From a virus, in IMG/VR virus record IMGVR_UViG_3300020578_000017, positions 32,001 to 96,000 of that record: a stretch of DNA of 64,000 bases. One strand, 5' to 3'. Position 1 is the first letter of the stretch; each line of letters starts with the position of its first letter. Below the pieces are notes generated by a model. That model searched no databases and was not told the DNA's origin. It saw only the letters and a program-made list of their open reading frames with translations. Of the stretch, positions 18,755-28,313 are shown piece after piece. The position numbers were made by a program, and so were the translations under genes.

Positions 18755-19780
18755 TTAGTCTCTTACGATTAGATCATTCTCTTGTGTAGTGGACTGGGAA
18801 GCTGCTAAATTGCCATCCATATCCCTTTGGTTTTCTTCTTCGCCTTCTTCATCTGATGGAACATCTTCTTTTTCGGCTTCTACATCGCCACCAAAAAGGC
18901 TATCCAAAGTTTTCTGTAGGTTTTCATCTTCCTGCTCTGGACTTAGCTCTTTATTGTCATTTTCCTCATCATCTGTGTCCTCTGCCATCAAAGGCTTAGA
19001 GACTGCTGCGGATTTGACTAGACCTGAGAATAGACTTAAAGAATTTGCAGACTTACTCAAGAATGCAGTATCTAAATTTACGACATTTCTTAAAACTGCT
19101 CCACTAAATGCAGGAACTTCAACCCAGGAAGCTTCAATAAATCTTACCGACTCAGGATCGTTTTCATGCCCGCAGAGTTCTGCAATCGTCCTTAAGTTAC
19201 CTTTTTTATCCATGAACCTGGAGCCTTTTTCTCTTGTGACATGATCACAAAGCTCTTGTTCATTCCTGGCTTTTTTCCCACACTTTGTACAAAATGTATA
19301 AGCAGCAATGCAGCCCATCGACATAGCTTTCATCGAACCCGTTTTGATTCTATGAACTAAGTCCTCATGCTTTCTATGAGTAGCAACAAGAATATCGCAA
19401 TATAAAGTTTCACCTTTAATATCCCTAAGCACAGCATCTACAATAGTACCTTTCGAAAGCTCTGGAACCTGAACATGCTCAACGTAGTTTGGGGCGCCAA
19501 CAAATGTTCGATAGGTTTGCTTAAGTGTTCCTCTTGTCCAGCTATCGTAATTTTGATTGATGTACTTCTCTGAAGAAAGCTTGATGTGATGATCGCAATC
19601 TTCTTCTGTATCAACTGATGCAATGATGGTACAATGCGAAAATAAATATTCTTTTGGACTGTAAGCTTTAATGTCGAAACTAGAAGTCAAGCCAACGCTT
19701 GCATTCTTAGAAAAACCTTTTCGATAAGGATTAAAATCTGTATCGACAAAAAGAGCATTAGCAAATATCTTAAACGCCAT
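18755..19780 (-). CDS. Prohead (capsid maturation) protease with Zn-finger insertion
   Basis: YVEH (His), MSMGC (Ser), CTKC...CDH insertion, FIEASWVEVPA motif of HK97-type proteases; start placed at MAFKIF (19780). Confidence 0.75.
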   Translation of the reverse strand: MAFKIFANALFVDTDFNPYRKGFSKNASVGLTSSFDIKAYSPKEYLFSHCTIIASVDTEEDCDHHIKLSSEKYINQNYDSWTRGTLKQTYRTFVGAPNYVEHVQVPELSKGTIVDAVLRDIKGETLYCDILVATHRKHEDLVHRIKTGSMKAMSMGCIAAYTFCTKCGKKARNEQELCDHVTREKGSRFMDKKGNLRTIAELCGHENDPESVRFIEASWVEVPAFSGAVLRNVVNLDTAFLSKSANSLSLFSGLVKSAAVSKPLMAEDTDDEENDNKELSPEQEDENLQKTLDSLFGGDVEAEKEDVPSDEEGEEENQRDMDGNLAASQSTTQENDLIVRD

Positions 19781-20003
19781 TTTTTTTCTTCTTTCTCTTC
19801 TTACTCTTTTTACGCTCAATAAGATCGTTTTGCAAGCGAGTGAAATCCATTCCAGTAGATGTGTTTGAATAGCTACCATGTGGTAGTGTTTCAATATAAT
19901 ACAAAGAAGGAGCTATACCACCATCTACAAAACCAGGAGCAGAATCTGCTAGATTGGATTTTTTTTGCAGATAAAGATGGATAACACTAAAACTATCCAT
20001 CAA
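19770..20003 (-). CDS. Small hypothetical protein with Lys-rich tail
   Basis: Fills the gap and overlaps both neighbours. Confidence 0.45.
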   Translation of the reverse strand: MMDSFSVIHLYLQKKSNLADSAPGFVDGGIAPSLYYIETLPHGSYSNTSTGMDFTRLQNDLIERKKSKKRKKKKNGV

Positions 20004-20535
20004 TCAGATCATGAATGACTGTTAAATAAACAGCATTTTGAAAAGCAACATCTCTATTGAAAAGACTTGAAACTACTAGACGAATATCTTCATCAGCTAA
20101 GTTGTCGCCAAACATGCTACTTACTTTAGTAAAGGTACTTAGCTCTGTATCGCCTTCGTTTTTAAGAAGTCTTGCTTCTTTCATTACACTAGCTAGTTTT
20201 TTAAGGTGAGATACGACTACACCAACCTGAGCGGCAGAGGGAACACCACCAACGGCGCCGATAACTTTTGGATCGTCTTTTGATGGCACCATTAGATCAA
20301 CTACAGTAGGCCTTACTCCCAAAGCATCTGATACAGGTAAAAGATCTTCTGGAGAATGCCTTCCGATTTGGTGAGGCCACTGCACATCAACCTTGTCAAT
20401 GCTTGGATGTAAAGCTAAAATGGTCCCGACAAATGAAGACCCATAGTGGCTTGTAATCATAAGCTGCACAGTTTGTCCAACTTTAAAGTCAGAGGTTTTA
20501 GCTGCAAATGGATATAAGGCAAACTTTTTAAACAT
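19993..20535 (-). CDS. Hypothetical head-module protein with SH3-like N-terminus
   Basis: FKVGQTV...GTI...VDVQWP; KLAS motif. Confidence 0.55.
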   Translation of the reverse strand: MFKKFALYPFAAKTSDFKVGQTVQLMITSHYGSSFVGTILALHPSIDKVDVQWPHQIGRHSPEDLLPVSDALGVRPTVVDLMVPSKDDPKVIGAVGGVPSAAQVGVVVSHLKKLASVMKEARLLKNEGDTELSTFTKVSSMFGDNLADEDIRLVVSSLFNRDVAFQNAVYLTVIHDLIDG

Positions 20536-21078
20536 CTAATTTTCCTCTCGTGGAAGAACATTTTCTAACTCATCCACGCGCTTACTTAATATTTCTGAAT
20601 AACGCTTTATTGCCTCAAGATAGTTTGGCTGGCTATCTTGTTTTAACTCAACACTTTCCTCTTTAAGCTCTTGTAGAGCCTGATGCCATAGCTCAATAAA
20701 CTCTACTGGAATAAAGTTAGGCTTTGCATATCCTGAAGAGTTTTTTCTAAACCAGAAGTATGGAGAGTTTGCTTCAGTTTGAGTGTAAATATAAGTCGGA
20801 CTAAAAAGCTGAGCTACAAAAGGCTCATCTAATCTACCTAACATTTTTCCATAATAAAAAACTTTATTTACAAAGTCATCCTCTGGGTTTGGATCGTTTT
20901 TAAATAAAATAGCTATGTTATGAGCATTAGAAGTGTCGTAAAAGTTTGATATTAGCACACCACGAACTTGATTATATAAAATCTTCTCTTTTTCGTTGAA
21001 GTTATCAATGCTAGCCTCAAATAAAGCATACTTATCTAAGTAAGCTTTTAAAATGCGGCTATTTTTATCTTGCATCAA
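20536..21078 (-). CDS. Hypothetical protein
   Basis: 180-aa ORF tightly packed in the head operon. Confidence 0.55.
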   Translation of the reverse strand: MMQDKNSRILKAYLDKYALFEASIDNFNEKEKILYNQVRGVLISNFYDTSNAHNIAILFKNDPNPEDDFVNKVFYYGKMLGRLDEPFVAQLFSPTYIYTQTEANSPYFWFRKNSSGYAKPNFIPVEFIELWHQALQELKEESVELKQDSQPNYLEAIKRYSEILSKRVDELENVLPREEN

Positions 21079-21356
21079 TCTTTTTTCAAATCTGCAGTTA
21101 GATCTGGATCGCTGGTATCTCTTGTGCCTAAACTAGTGTCTGACCTATCTCTGCGTTTATGATGAACGCCTACACCATTTCTTCTTTTGTTCTGTCTCTT
21201 ACGATCTGACTTACGGCGATCCCTGGTTCTTTGTTCCTTGATGGTATCTTTATCTTTTACTCTTTTTGCTAGTTTTATTGGATCGCTTGATAAAACTGCT
21301 GATAAATTATAAGATTTTGCAATCTTAATTAGTTCTAAGTAAAGATCATCCATCAT
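21075..21356 (-). CDS. Small Arg/Lys-rich hypothetical protein
   Basis: RTRDRRKSDRKRQNKRR tract. Confidence 0.55.
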   Translation of the reverse strand: MMDDLYLELIKIAKSYNLSAVLSSDPIKLAKRVKDKDTIKEQRTRDRRKSDRKRQNKRRNGVGVHHKRRDRSDTSLGTRDTSDPDLTADLKKD

Positions 21357-21379
21357 ACTAATTATTTTTTACTAACGCT

Positions 21380-23098
21380 CTAAGCGGGAGTACCTTCTAT
21401 TTCAGTTTGAGTTTCAGGAGCAGGAGTCTCTTCTGTTGGGGCTTCTTCACCCCCAGATAAATCTGGAGCCCCTTCTTCACCTAAGTTAAGGTCACCACCT
21501 AATTGACCCAGGGTACCTCCACCAAATCCTCCCATATCGACCTCATTACCGGAATCGCCTTCTTGATACTCTAGCTTAAGGTATTTAGCGAACCTTTCAG
21601 TAATATTAGACTTACCTACTAGATCCTGAGCTACATTTTGATAAATGCCACGAAGTAGATCATTGAAGGCAGAATCGTTGACGGTGCCCATATCGGCTTC
21701 TAGCCTTTCGCGAGTTGCAATAGGATCGATATTCAACAAGTCAAGTATGGTTGCTATGTCTATTGATCCCTTTTGATACAAGCTATAGAGAGCTTCAAAA
21801 GTATCATTACTATCTCTTAGAGCTAATCTTCTGAAGGATAGTCTAGGGTAAATTAACTTTTCGTTACCGTCTTCATCTTTTTCTACAAAGCCATTTGCTT
21901 TTGCAACTGGTTTAAATAGAACCTCTTCAACAAAGTTTTGCATAACTTCCCTAAAAAGGAGATATCTGGTGTTCAGCACTTCAAGCGTAATCTTTGCACC
22001 GGCATAAGTCGCCTCACCTGACAAAAGCTCTGCTGTGACTCCTAATCCTGACATCAGTCGCGTTGCGATTCTACCATACTCGGAATCTAGAACAAGAAGT
22101 CGATCATTTGAGCCAATTTCTTGCCAGTTTAACTCATAGTTGGTGATAATGCTGTAATCTGGATCAATCATTGAAGCTTCTACCTGCTCACGGAGACCTT
22201 CAACATCATCTTCAGATAATCCTTCAGCAGAAACAATTCTTTTCGGGGTCATGTTCCTGCTTGCAATTTGCGTTTGTGTCTGACGAAGCTTTTCGAACTC
22301 AAGAAGGTCTCGTAAAACTCTATCTAATATGCTAGTGCCTTGATCCTCATAATCACTCATCTTTCTCGCTAGATGAAAAACATGACTACCAGAATAAGGG
22401 TCTGTATCTAATGGAATATTCTGCCCACGTTTAACATAATCAACAATATCTGGTGGCATTGTCTTTAATGCCTTTAGAGCAGATTGATCGCCGTGATTAG
22501 CTCTCTCTACTAATTCTCTAGTTGCTGGGTCTGGTACAAGAGATACTTCAACATAATCTGTAAATGGGTACTTCTTAGTTTCTACTGTGTCTGGATCTAA
22601 TACCTTAAGTGCTGACCAAGATTTTATCTCCTCATCCCACTCAGAGAAAATATACACATCGCCAATAAGGTTATACTCATGTGCGATAGAGAGAAGCTTT
22701 TGGAATAAGTTGATTCTTTCAACCATAGCCTCATAGAATCTTAGAATCTTCTGAGCGGTTTTATAGTCCTTAGCCTTAGGAATAGTCAGTGTTACTTTAG
22801 AAAGTGGAATCTCTGAGTGTAAGTCGATAGCAGGACCGACTATAGGGTCATTTTTATAGAAGTGACGGTACCATCTTCTCTTCTCTCTATTAGTTCTTGG
22901 GAGTTCGAGCATGTCCGTAGAAAGATACGGACTGAAAAACGGAGCTTCCTGTGTTTGAAGGATATCGCTTCCGGTTTTAAAAATGGAATCTAAACTGCTA
23001 TTTCTATTAGCGGTTCTAGGTGCCCCCATTGCAGTAGTTGCATAGGGTTTCTTTGAATTTGCTGTTTTTGAGCTAGCAGTAGTTCGTCTTGTTGGCAC
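21380..23098 (-). CDS. Portal protein
   Basis: 572 aa between terminase and protease; YRHFYKNDPIVGPAID, GDVY, HLARK...GTSIL motifs; acidic tail. Confidence 0.85.
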   Translation of the reverse strand: MPTRRTTASSKTANSKKPYATTAMGAPRTANRNSSLDSIFKTGSDILQTQEAPFFSPYLSTDMLELPRTNREKRRWYRHFYKNDPIVGPAIDLHSEIPLSKVTLTIPKAKDYKTAQKILRFYEAMVERINLFQKLLSIAHEYNLIGDVYIFSEWDEEIKSWSALKVLDPDTVETKKYPFTDYVEVSLVPDPATRELVERANHGDQSALKALKTMPPDIVDYVKRGQNIPLDTDPYSGSHVFHLARKMSDYEDQGTSILDRVLRDLLEFEKLRQTQTQIASRNMTPKRIVSAEGLSEDDVEGLREQVEASMIDPDYSIITNYELNWQEIGSNDRLLVLDSEYGRIATRLMSGLGVTAELLSGEATYAGAKITLEVLNTRYLLFREVMQNFVEEVLFKPVAKANGFVEKDEDGNEKLIYPRLSFRRLALRDSNDTFEALYSLYQKGSIDIATILDLLNIDPIATRERLEADMGTVNDSAFNDLLRGIYQNVAQDLVGKSNITERFAKYLKLEYQEGDSGNEVDMGGFGGGTLGQLGGDLNLGEEGAPDLSGGEEAPTEETPAPETQTEIEGTPA

Positions 23099-23103
23099 TT
23101 ACA

Positions 23104-23421
23104 TCACCTGGTGTACTTCTTTATCGGAAGCTTATTTAAATTGACCGTAGTGTAATTATAGCGTTGATTACTTACGCTATCGCCACCGTCTTTTACTAAC
23201 TGCTTGTGTTCATCAGCTGATTTTACAAAATCTTTTCTTGCTTCGTCTGCCCAGCGAATGATTCCTTGTAGTTTTCCTAAAGATCTTAAGTAACCACGAG
23301 AAGAACCTGCTCTTTTTGCAGACTGATGCATGCTTTGTAACTTATTTTCTAATGATGCAGCATCTTTCAGTAGCTTTTTTAATTCAGATTCAATTTTTTC
23401 TAAGTCACCATCATTGAACAC
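23104..23421 (-). CDS. Small coiled-coil hypothetical protein
   Basis: GTG start overlaps the terminase stop. Confidence 0.55.
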   Translation of the reverse strand: MFNDGDLEKIESELKKLLKDAASLENKLQSMHQSAKRAGSSRGYLRSLGKLQGIIRWADEARKDFVKSADEHKQLVKDGGDSVSNQRYNYTTVNLNKLPIKKYTR

Positions 23422-25241
23422 TACTTTGGTTTCCTATTAGTTCGATAAGTATTCGTACCGTGTAGCTTTGAACGTTTTGTATGAAACGCGGTATAAGAAG
23501 ATGCAGTTTTTCCTGCAGCCTCTCTAGCACTATAGGTGGGATATGTTTTTTTTCCAAAGCTGCTTTTGAATTTAGTCGCACAATAAGCCATTCTAGCTAA
23601 AGAGTCTGATTGATCATCGTGCATACCTTCAACTGGAGGGGCTTCTACTGTTATGACGTATTTTGAATGTTGGCTTTCTTCTAAGTTAAAAAGCTCTTTT
23701 ATGAAAGGCTCTGACTCCGGAAATGCTAAATTATCCTTGAAATATTCATGGGGAACTGGTAGTTGAATATTGTTTTCCGCAACTAATAAACCTAATGAAG
23801 AGTAAATTTCTGAGTTTAAGGTACGAGTTACTGTTAGCATCTCAAGGTGCCTAACGCCAGCCTCTTTAAGATGCTCTAGGAAAGGTAAACCACCGTATTG
23901 GTCAAAGTAACCTTTGACAATATAAAATCGCTTACAAATCTCCGCGACTTCACGCGAAATACTCCTTAATGACTGTGGAGTTTCTACAGGTAAACGTGAA
24001 AAGTCATATCTATCGGGTAATCCATAGTTGGTGTGATGTCCGTAATAAACCCTAGAGTAATCAACAATTAAGCGGTCATCTTCCCAATGTCCTAAAGTTA
24101 TAGCGGTTCCGTCATTAATAGAACCAACGTCCATCCCTAAAAAGTAAGGCTGCCCTAACTCACCTTTTAGCTTATAGTTTCCAGGTATAATGCACTTAGA
24201 CTTAAAGGTATCTTTGTCCTTCAGCCACGATCTCTTACTGTCACCAAATTCTGCACCGTACTCTACCATGAAAACGGAAGAGTCTCGCTTGAATCTTGAT
24301 TTCAAGAACTCTGATTCAAGATTAGGGTTAATCTCCCAAGAAGGCATTTGAAGAATTAGTAGACCTGACTTTTTACCTTCAGACAAACCTTGTGTGTATA
24401 GTTTCCATAACTGCCCGGATCTGTTTAAAGGCGATGACAAAGAAATAATCTTACCTTCTTGCTTGCCATTCTTGTTGACAAATGAAGATACTGAAGGGGT
24501 TAGTGCGTCATAAACTTTTTCTGAGCTAGCAACACCGCCGTTATCGATAAAGTGGGCTAACTCGTCCAGTACGACAACGATAGAGGAGCTACCACGCATT
24601 GTCCTTGAAAGTGAACCACCAGACTGTCCTACAATCGCTCCGTCTGCATTAGGTTCGTTTTCAATTTCCCATTGTGTCCTGAATCTAACCTCTTGCTTTG
24701 TTATGTTAGATTTGAACCTATCCAAAATTGGAACTGTAGAGACAATATTTTTTACAGTATTGAAGATATTCTGTGCTGGCTTTTGTCCGTTAGCGATATT
24801 AATAATCTTAATTTCACCGCCACGCATTAGAGAGTAATACTCAAATGGATCTGGTATATGTAAAATCTTATAATACTCATAAGCGGTAATCAAAGAAGTT
24901 ACTGTAGATTTAGTTCCTCTTCTTCCGATGACCATCGCCATTTCATTAAATTGATGACCGTCTTCATTTACATTACAACGGCCCTGGTTATATAAGTATT
25001 GCAGGTATTCGTATTCTGTAAGTTCAAATAACTGAGTTTCCCTGAACTTATCAAACAATTTGATTGTCTTGTTCTGTCTGTCTAAAGGCATGCCGTAGAA
25101 CATCTTTAAAACAAATCTTTGAATAGGGAATAGATTTACTTTAGCTCCCCAGTCACTTTCACAAAAAGAAACGACATCAGCAAGAGTTCTATCAGAGTTT
25201 CCTAAGAACTCACGATTGATAATGTCGTTAATGATTCCCAT
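23421..25241 (-). CDS. terL: Terminase large subunit
   Basis: Walker A IGRRGTKS, Walker B VVVLDE, coupling SSP, RNase-H-like nuclease GMDVG...HDDQSD. Confidence 0.92.
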   Translation of the reverse strand: MGIINDIINREFLGNSDRTLADVVSFCESDWGAKVNLFPIQRFVLKMFYGMPLDRQNKTIKLFDKFRETQLFELTEYEYLQYLYNQGRCNVNEDGHQFNEMAMVIGRRGTKSTVTSLITAYEYYKILHIPDPFEYYSLMRGGEIKIINIANGQKPAQNIFNTVKNIVSTVPILDRFKSNITKQEVRFRTQWEIENEPNADGAIVGQSGGSLSRTMRGSSSIVVVLDELAHFIDNGGVASSEKVYDALTPSVSSFVNKNGKQEGKIISLSSPLNRSGQLWKLYTQGLSEGKKSGLLILQMPSWEINPNLESEFLKSRFKRDSSVFMVEYGAEFGDSKRSWLKDKDTFKSKCIIPGNYKLKGELGQPYFLGMDVGSINDGTAITLGHWEDDRLIVDYSRVYYGHHTNYGLPDRYDFSRLPVETPQSLRSISREVAEICKRFYIVKGYFDQYGGLPFLEHLKEAGVRHLEMLTVTRTLNSEIYSSLGLLVAENNIQLPVPHEYFKDNLAFPESEPFIKELFNLEESQHSKYVITVEAPPVEGMHDDQSDSLARMAYCATKFKSSFGKKTYPTYSAREAAGKTASSYTAFHTKRSKLHGTNTYRTNRKPK

Positions 25242-25243
25242 AA

Positions 25244-25708
25244 CTACTTAATGTTGTCGATATTTCTCTTGACTCTATCTTCTATGTCTATTAGCCTTTG
25301 GTTTATCTTATGAAAGAATACTTCTCTTTCATTGTCATTAACTTTTAGGTCACTAAGAACATCGTTTACAGAAGATAACATGGAGCGAATCAGTTCTACT
25401 ACGTAAGGATTATGGAACGAGAATGTACTATCTGTCGCTGCTTTCTTTTGCTCTGTCGCAATGTCTGCTAATATTTTATATGCTCTTACAATTTTATCGC
25501 TAATATAAGAAGCATCGCCCTTAGCTCGTTCTATTTTTCTTCTTGCAATTCTCATACTATCAATCTCCTCTGCTAATCCAGAAAGGATTATTGAGAAGAA
25601 GTCTGAACTGCCGGAAAAAGCTCGCTCTATCTTATCCTGGACTCTATCTTCAGGCCTAAGAAACTCACCCTCTGGCTCTCTCCGAGAAGGGGTGTTACTG
25701 GAGCTCAT
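25244..25708 (-). CDS. Helical protein, candidate terminase small subunit
   Basis: 154-aa helical ORF directly upstream of terL (position only). Confidence 0.35.
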   Translation of the reverse strand: MSSSNTPSRREPEGEFLRPEDRVQDKIERAFSGSSDFFSIILSGLAEEIDSMRIARRKIERAKGDASYISDKIVRAYKILADIATEQKKAATDSTFSFHNPYVVELIRSMLSSVNDVLSDLKVNDNEREVFFHKINQRLIDIEDRVKRNIDNIK

Positions 25709-27369
25709 AGATTAAACTGATTGAGTCCTTCAACCTCAATAGTTTCAATGCTCTTAGGATTGTCTACAGAAACCATTCTATCTAAAGTAAGATCCTTATA
25801 GAAGGAGCCATAAAGATGATTGTCCTTCAGGGATTCTTTATCGAAGATGGCTTCTTGGACAAATGCCTTTTTAAGTAATGAACAGCCTGCGCCTGCGTTG
25901 TAAGAACAACCACCGCAACGGTTTCCAACCTTAATACTGGATACTAAAGCAAAAGACGAGTTATCACAAGAATCAAACTGATCAGGTGAAGCTGTCTTTA
26001 CTTGTAGTATCGCTAAGTCTAAGGCTTTCTTCGCCTGATTAGTCCCAGAAATCTTAGAAGCAGCTTTAAGAACTCTGTTATAGGAATTACCATTTTTTAG
26101 TGCCTTGGCTGTCTTATTGATTAAATCTTCAGACATTACTGAAACCATGGGTAGTTCAGCAAATGCTGCAGAGATTTGCCTCGGAGCAGATTTTCTCTCT
26201 TGACTAAAAGCAGTTTTACTTACACCACAATGTGAAGACATGTCGTAAACGCAACCCTGGCACTTAGCAGTTCTACTTAAAGATGAGGCATTTTTAAGTA
26301 ACTCTGAATCGCAGCGAGCTACATCTGTTGGCACTGCAGAAAGCGAAGAAGCTGCCTTCGTGAAAACTTGATCTAAATAGTTATGTGGTACTTTTTCTGC
26401 GAACTTAACTTTAAGCTCTTCTACTGAGTATCCCTTTTGTAAATATTTAGCAGCTACCTTGACATAAGAATCTTCATTAAATGATTTCTTATTTTGAGCT
26501 AATGGAAGCTTTGCCTTTACACCAGCGACTCTTTGCTTAACTTCTTTCCTGGCAAGAAAAGCTTGTTGAAGCTTTTCTTTGTTTGCCAAAGAAGCATGCT
26601 TGCTTAAAAAGCTATCGTCTACTCTTTTAACTGAAAATAGGTAATCTAAGTATTGCTGCGTATTGTTATCAGTAAAAATTTCTTGTTTTGTGGCAATCTT
26701 CTTTGACACTAAAGCACATCGCCCAAAGTTATTAAAAGAACACCCACCGCAAGCGGAGGTTTTTAAAACAAACTTTGCTAACTTATTGTACTTATCGGTA
26801 ACTTCTTTTGCCTTGTGACAGCTATCAAAGGCAGTAACATCAACATAAACGTTTCCAAGTAAACCTTCTTCAGAAGCTAAAAGATTTCTGTTTGAAGCTG
26901 CTTTCTTCCACTCTTCTTGAGGCATATACTTACGTGCTTCAAGATTTAAATTCTCGCCAGTATACCCTCTGTGCATTAGTCTTCTTAAGAACTTATGACT
27001 GTTTGTGGGTGAACCAGATGATGCAACTCTAGACACTGAGTTTGGTGCATACTTATAAAGATTATCTGCTGTTTCTTCTGAATGATCCCAAAGGCTCTTC
27101 TTTTTAATCTGTTCTCTGATTGGTGGATTACCCTTTACTAGCTTGAAAGCCCCGTAAAGTGAATCTGTAGTGTCGCCCCAGGTATACTCAAGCTCAGAGT
27201 TCGCAGGCTCAATAGAGTTAGAATGCTTAAAGCTGATAGGCTCACTAAGCCAAGATAGGTCTACTATTGAAGCATCTTTGATTAGGTCAGTAATATCTCC
27301 TAAATCAACTTGCGGACCCTCACCGAATACGGAATCTAAGGACGGATTAGTTAGTTCATCTTCACGCAT
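25705..27369 (-). CDS. Cys-repeat protein rich in [KR]xA motifs, probable internal head protein
   Basis: Three C...CxxC-x7-C units and about 20 [KR]xA sites. Confidence 0.6.
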   Translation of the reverse strand: MREDELTNPSLDSVFGEGPQVDLGDITDLIKDASIVDLSWLSEPISFKHSNSIEPANSELEYTWGDTTDSLYGAFKLVKGNPPIREQIKKKSLWDHSEETADNLYKYAPNSVSRVASSGSPTNSHKFLRRLMHRGYTGENLNLEARKYMPQEEWKKAASNRNLLASEEGLLGNVYVDVTAFDSCHKAKEVTDKYNKLAKFVLKTSACGGCSFNNFGRCALVSKKIATKQEIFTDNNTQQYLDYLFSVKRVDDSFLSKHASLANKEKLQQAFLARKEVKQRVAGVKAKLPLAQNKKSFNEDSYVKVAAKYLQKGYSVEELKVKFAEKVPHNYLDQVFTKAASSLSAVPTDVARCDSELLKNASSLSRTAKCQGCVYDMSSHCGVSKTAFSQERKSAPRQISAAFAELPMVSVMSEDLINKTAKALKNGNSYNRVLKAASKISGTNQAKKALDLAILQVKTASPDQFDSCDNSSFALVSSIKVGNRCGGCSYNAGAGCSLLKKAFVQEAIFDKESLKDNHLYGSFYKDLTLDRMVSVDNPKSIETIEVEGLNQFNL

Positions 27370-27374
27370 AAAAG

Positions 27375-27575
27375 TTAATCCTTAATTGGACCTTGCTCAT
27401 CATTGACAAGCTTTACGACATGTGTGCCGTCATCAGAAAGTTGCCAGAAATCAAGCGTTGATTTGTGGATTAGAAGATTACTTGAACCAACTTTACTAAA
27501 GCCCTGAAGGTCTCTTAGTGAAGAAATCTTTAGAACTTTAAGATTATGCTCATTATCTTCTTGCATATACACCAA
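27375..27575 (-). CDS. Small hypothetical protein
   Basis: 66 aa, LIHKSTLDFWQL; first gene of the head block. Confidence 0.5.
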   Translation of the reverse strand: MVYMQEDNEHNLKVLKISSLRDLQGFSKVGSSNLLIHKSTLDFWQLSDDGTHVVKLVNDEQGPIKD

Positions 27576-27613
27576 TACTTGTAAAGTAACTATTAAAATA
27601 ATATAACTATATG

Positions 27614-28309
27614 TTACAAAGAAGGCTCTTCGCCGACATACTTTTCTAAAGTAGCTATGAACTCTTCTTCAGTTACCCAAAAGCTTGAAATATCCATATT
27701 TCTTACGATGTTTGGATTTTTTCTAATTAGCTCAAATGCACTGAAGTAAACCCTATAAAGAGGGTCATTCTTGCTAAAGGCTTCAAGTATCTCCAATGAT
27801 CTTAATAGACGATATCTAATTTGTCCCTGGGAAAATCCTAGCCTTCTTGCTACTCCTGACTGAGAAGAAGTCTCATACATCAAGATTAAAATCTCAACGT
27901 GAAGAGGATCTAGCATAATCCTGTCTAAATCTCTAATTAGTTTCTCTTTGCATAGCCTAGGGAGGACTGTTAAAAATTTAAGTCTCTCTACGGCTGTTTT
28001 GCATCTATAACTAACAGCGCCTTGAGTTATTCCGAAAATCTGGGCAATGTCATTCTGATCTTTATTGAGTTCAAAATACATATGAATGTAATCTCTCTCA
28101 ATAGGATCTAAGTACTGTACTAGCTCAGATACCTGCGCTAACTGCTCTCTGAATATACGTCGTAATTCTGTTTCTTTAGCTTCTGCTTCCATATCTAAAA
28201 CAATCTGCTCTTCTTCAGAATCTGGATCATAAGCTAAGTTAGAGTCTGCACCAAAACGAGCTTCAAGCTCGCTGGGCTCCATAGAAAAAACAAACCAGTT
28301 AGAGCCCAT
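27614..28309 (-). CDS. Sigma-70 region-4-like protein with two HTH motifs
   Basis: LDPIERDYI...QNDIAQIFGITQGAVSYR and SQSGVARRLGFSQGQIRYR. Confidence 0.75.
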   Translation of the reverse strand: MGSNWFVFSMEPSELEARFGADSNLAYDPDSEEEQIVLDMEAEAKETELRRIFREQLAQVSELVQYLDPIERDYIHMYFELNKDQNDIAQIFGITQGAVSYRCKTAVERLKFLTVLPRLCKEKLIRDLDRIMLDPLHVEILILMYETSSQSGVARRLGFSQGQIRYRLLRSLEILEAFSKNDPLYRVYFSAFELIRKNPNIVRNMDISSFWVTEEEFIATLEKYVGEEPSL

Positions 28310-28313
28310 TAAT

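Noticed and set aside
19781-19894. 38-aa N-terminal extension of the protease given in the ORF track
   Set aside because: Overlaps the 19770..20003 ORF; ATG 19780 after an A-rich leader fits the local pattern better.
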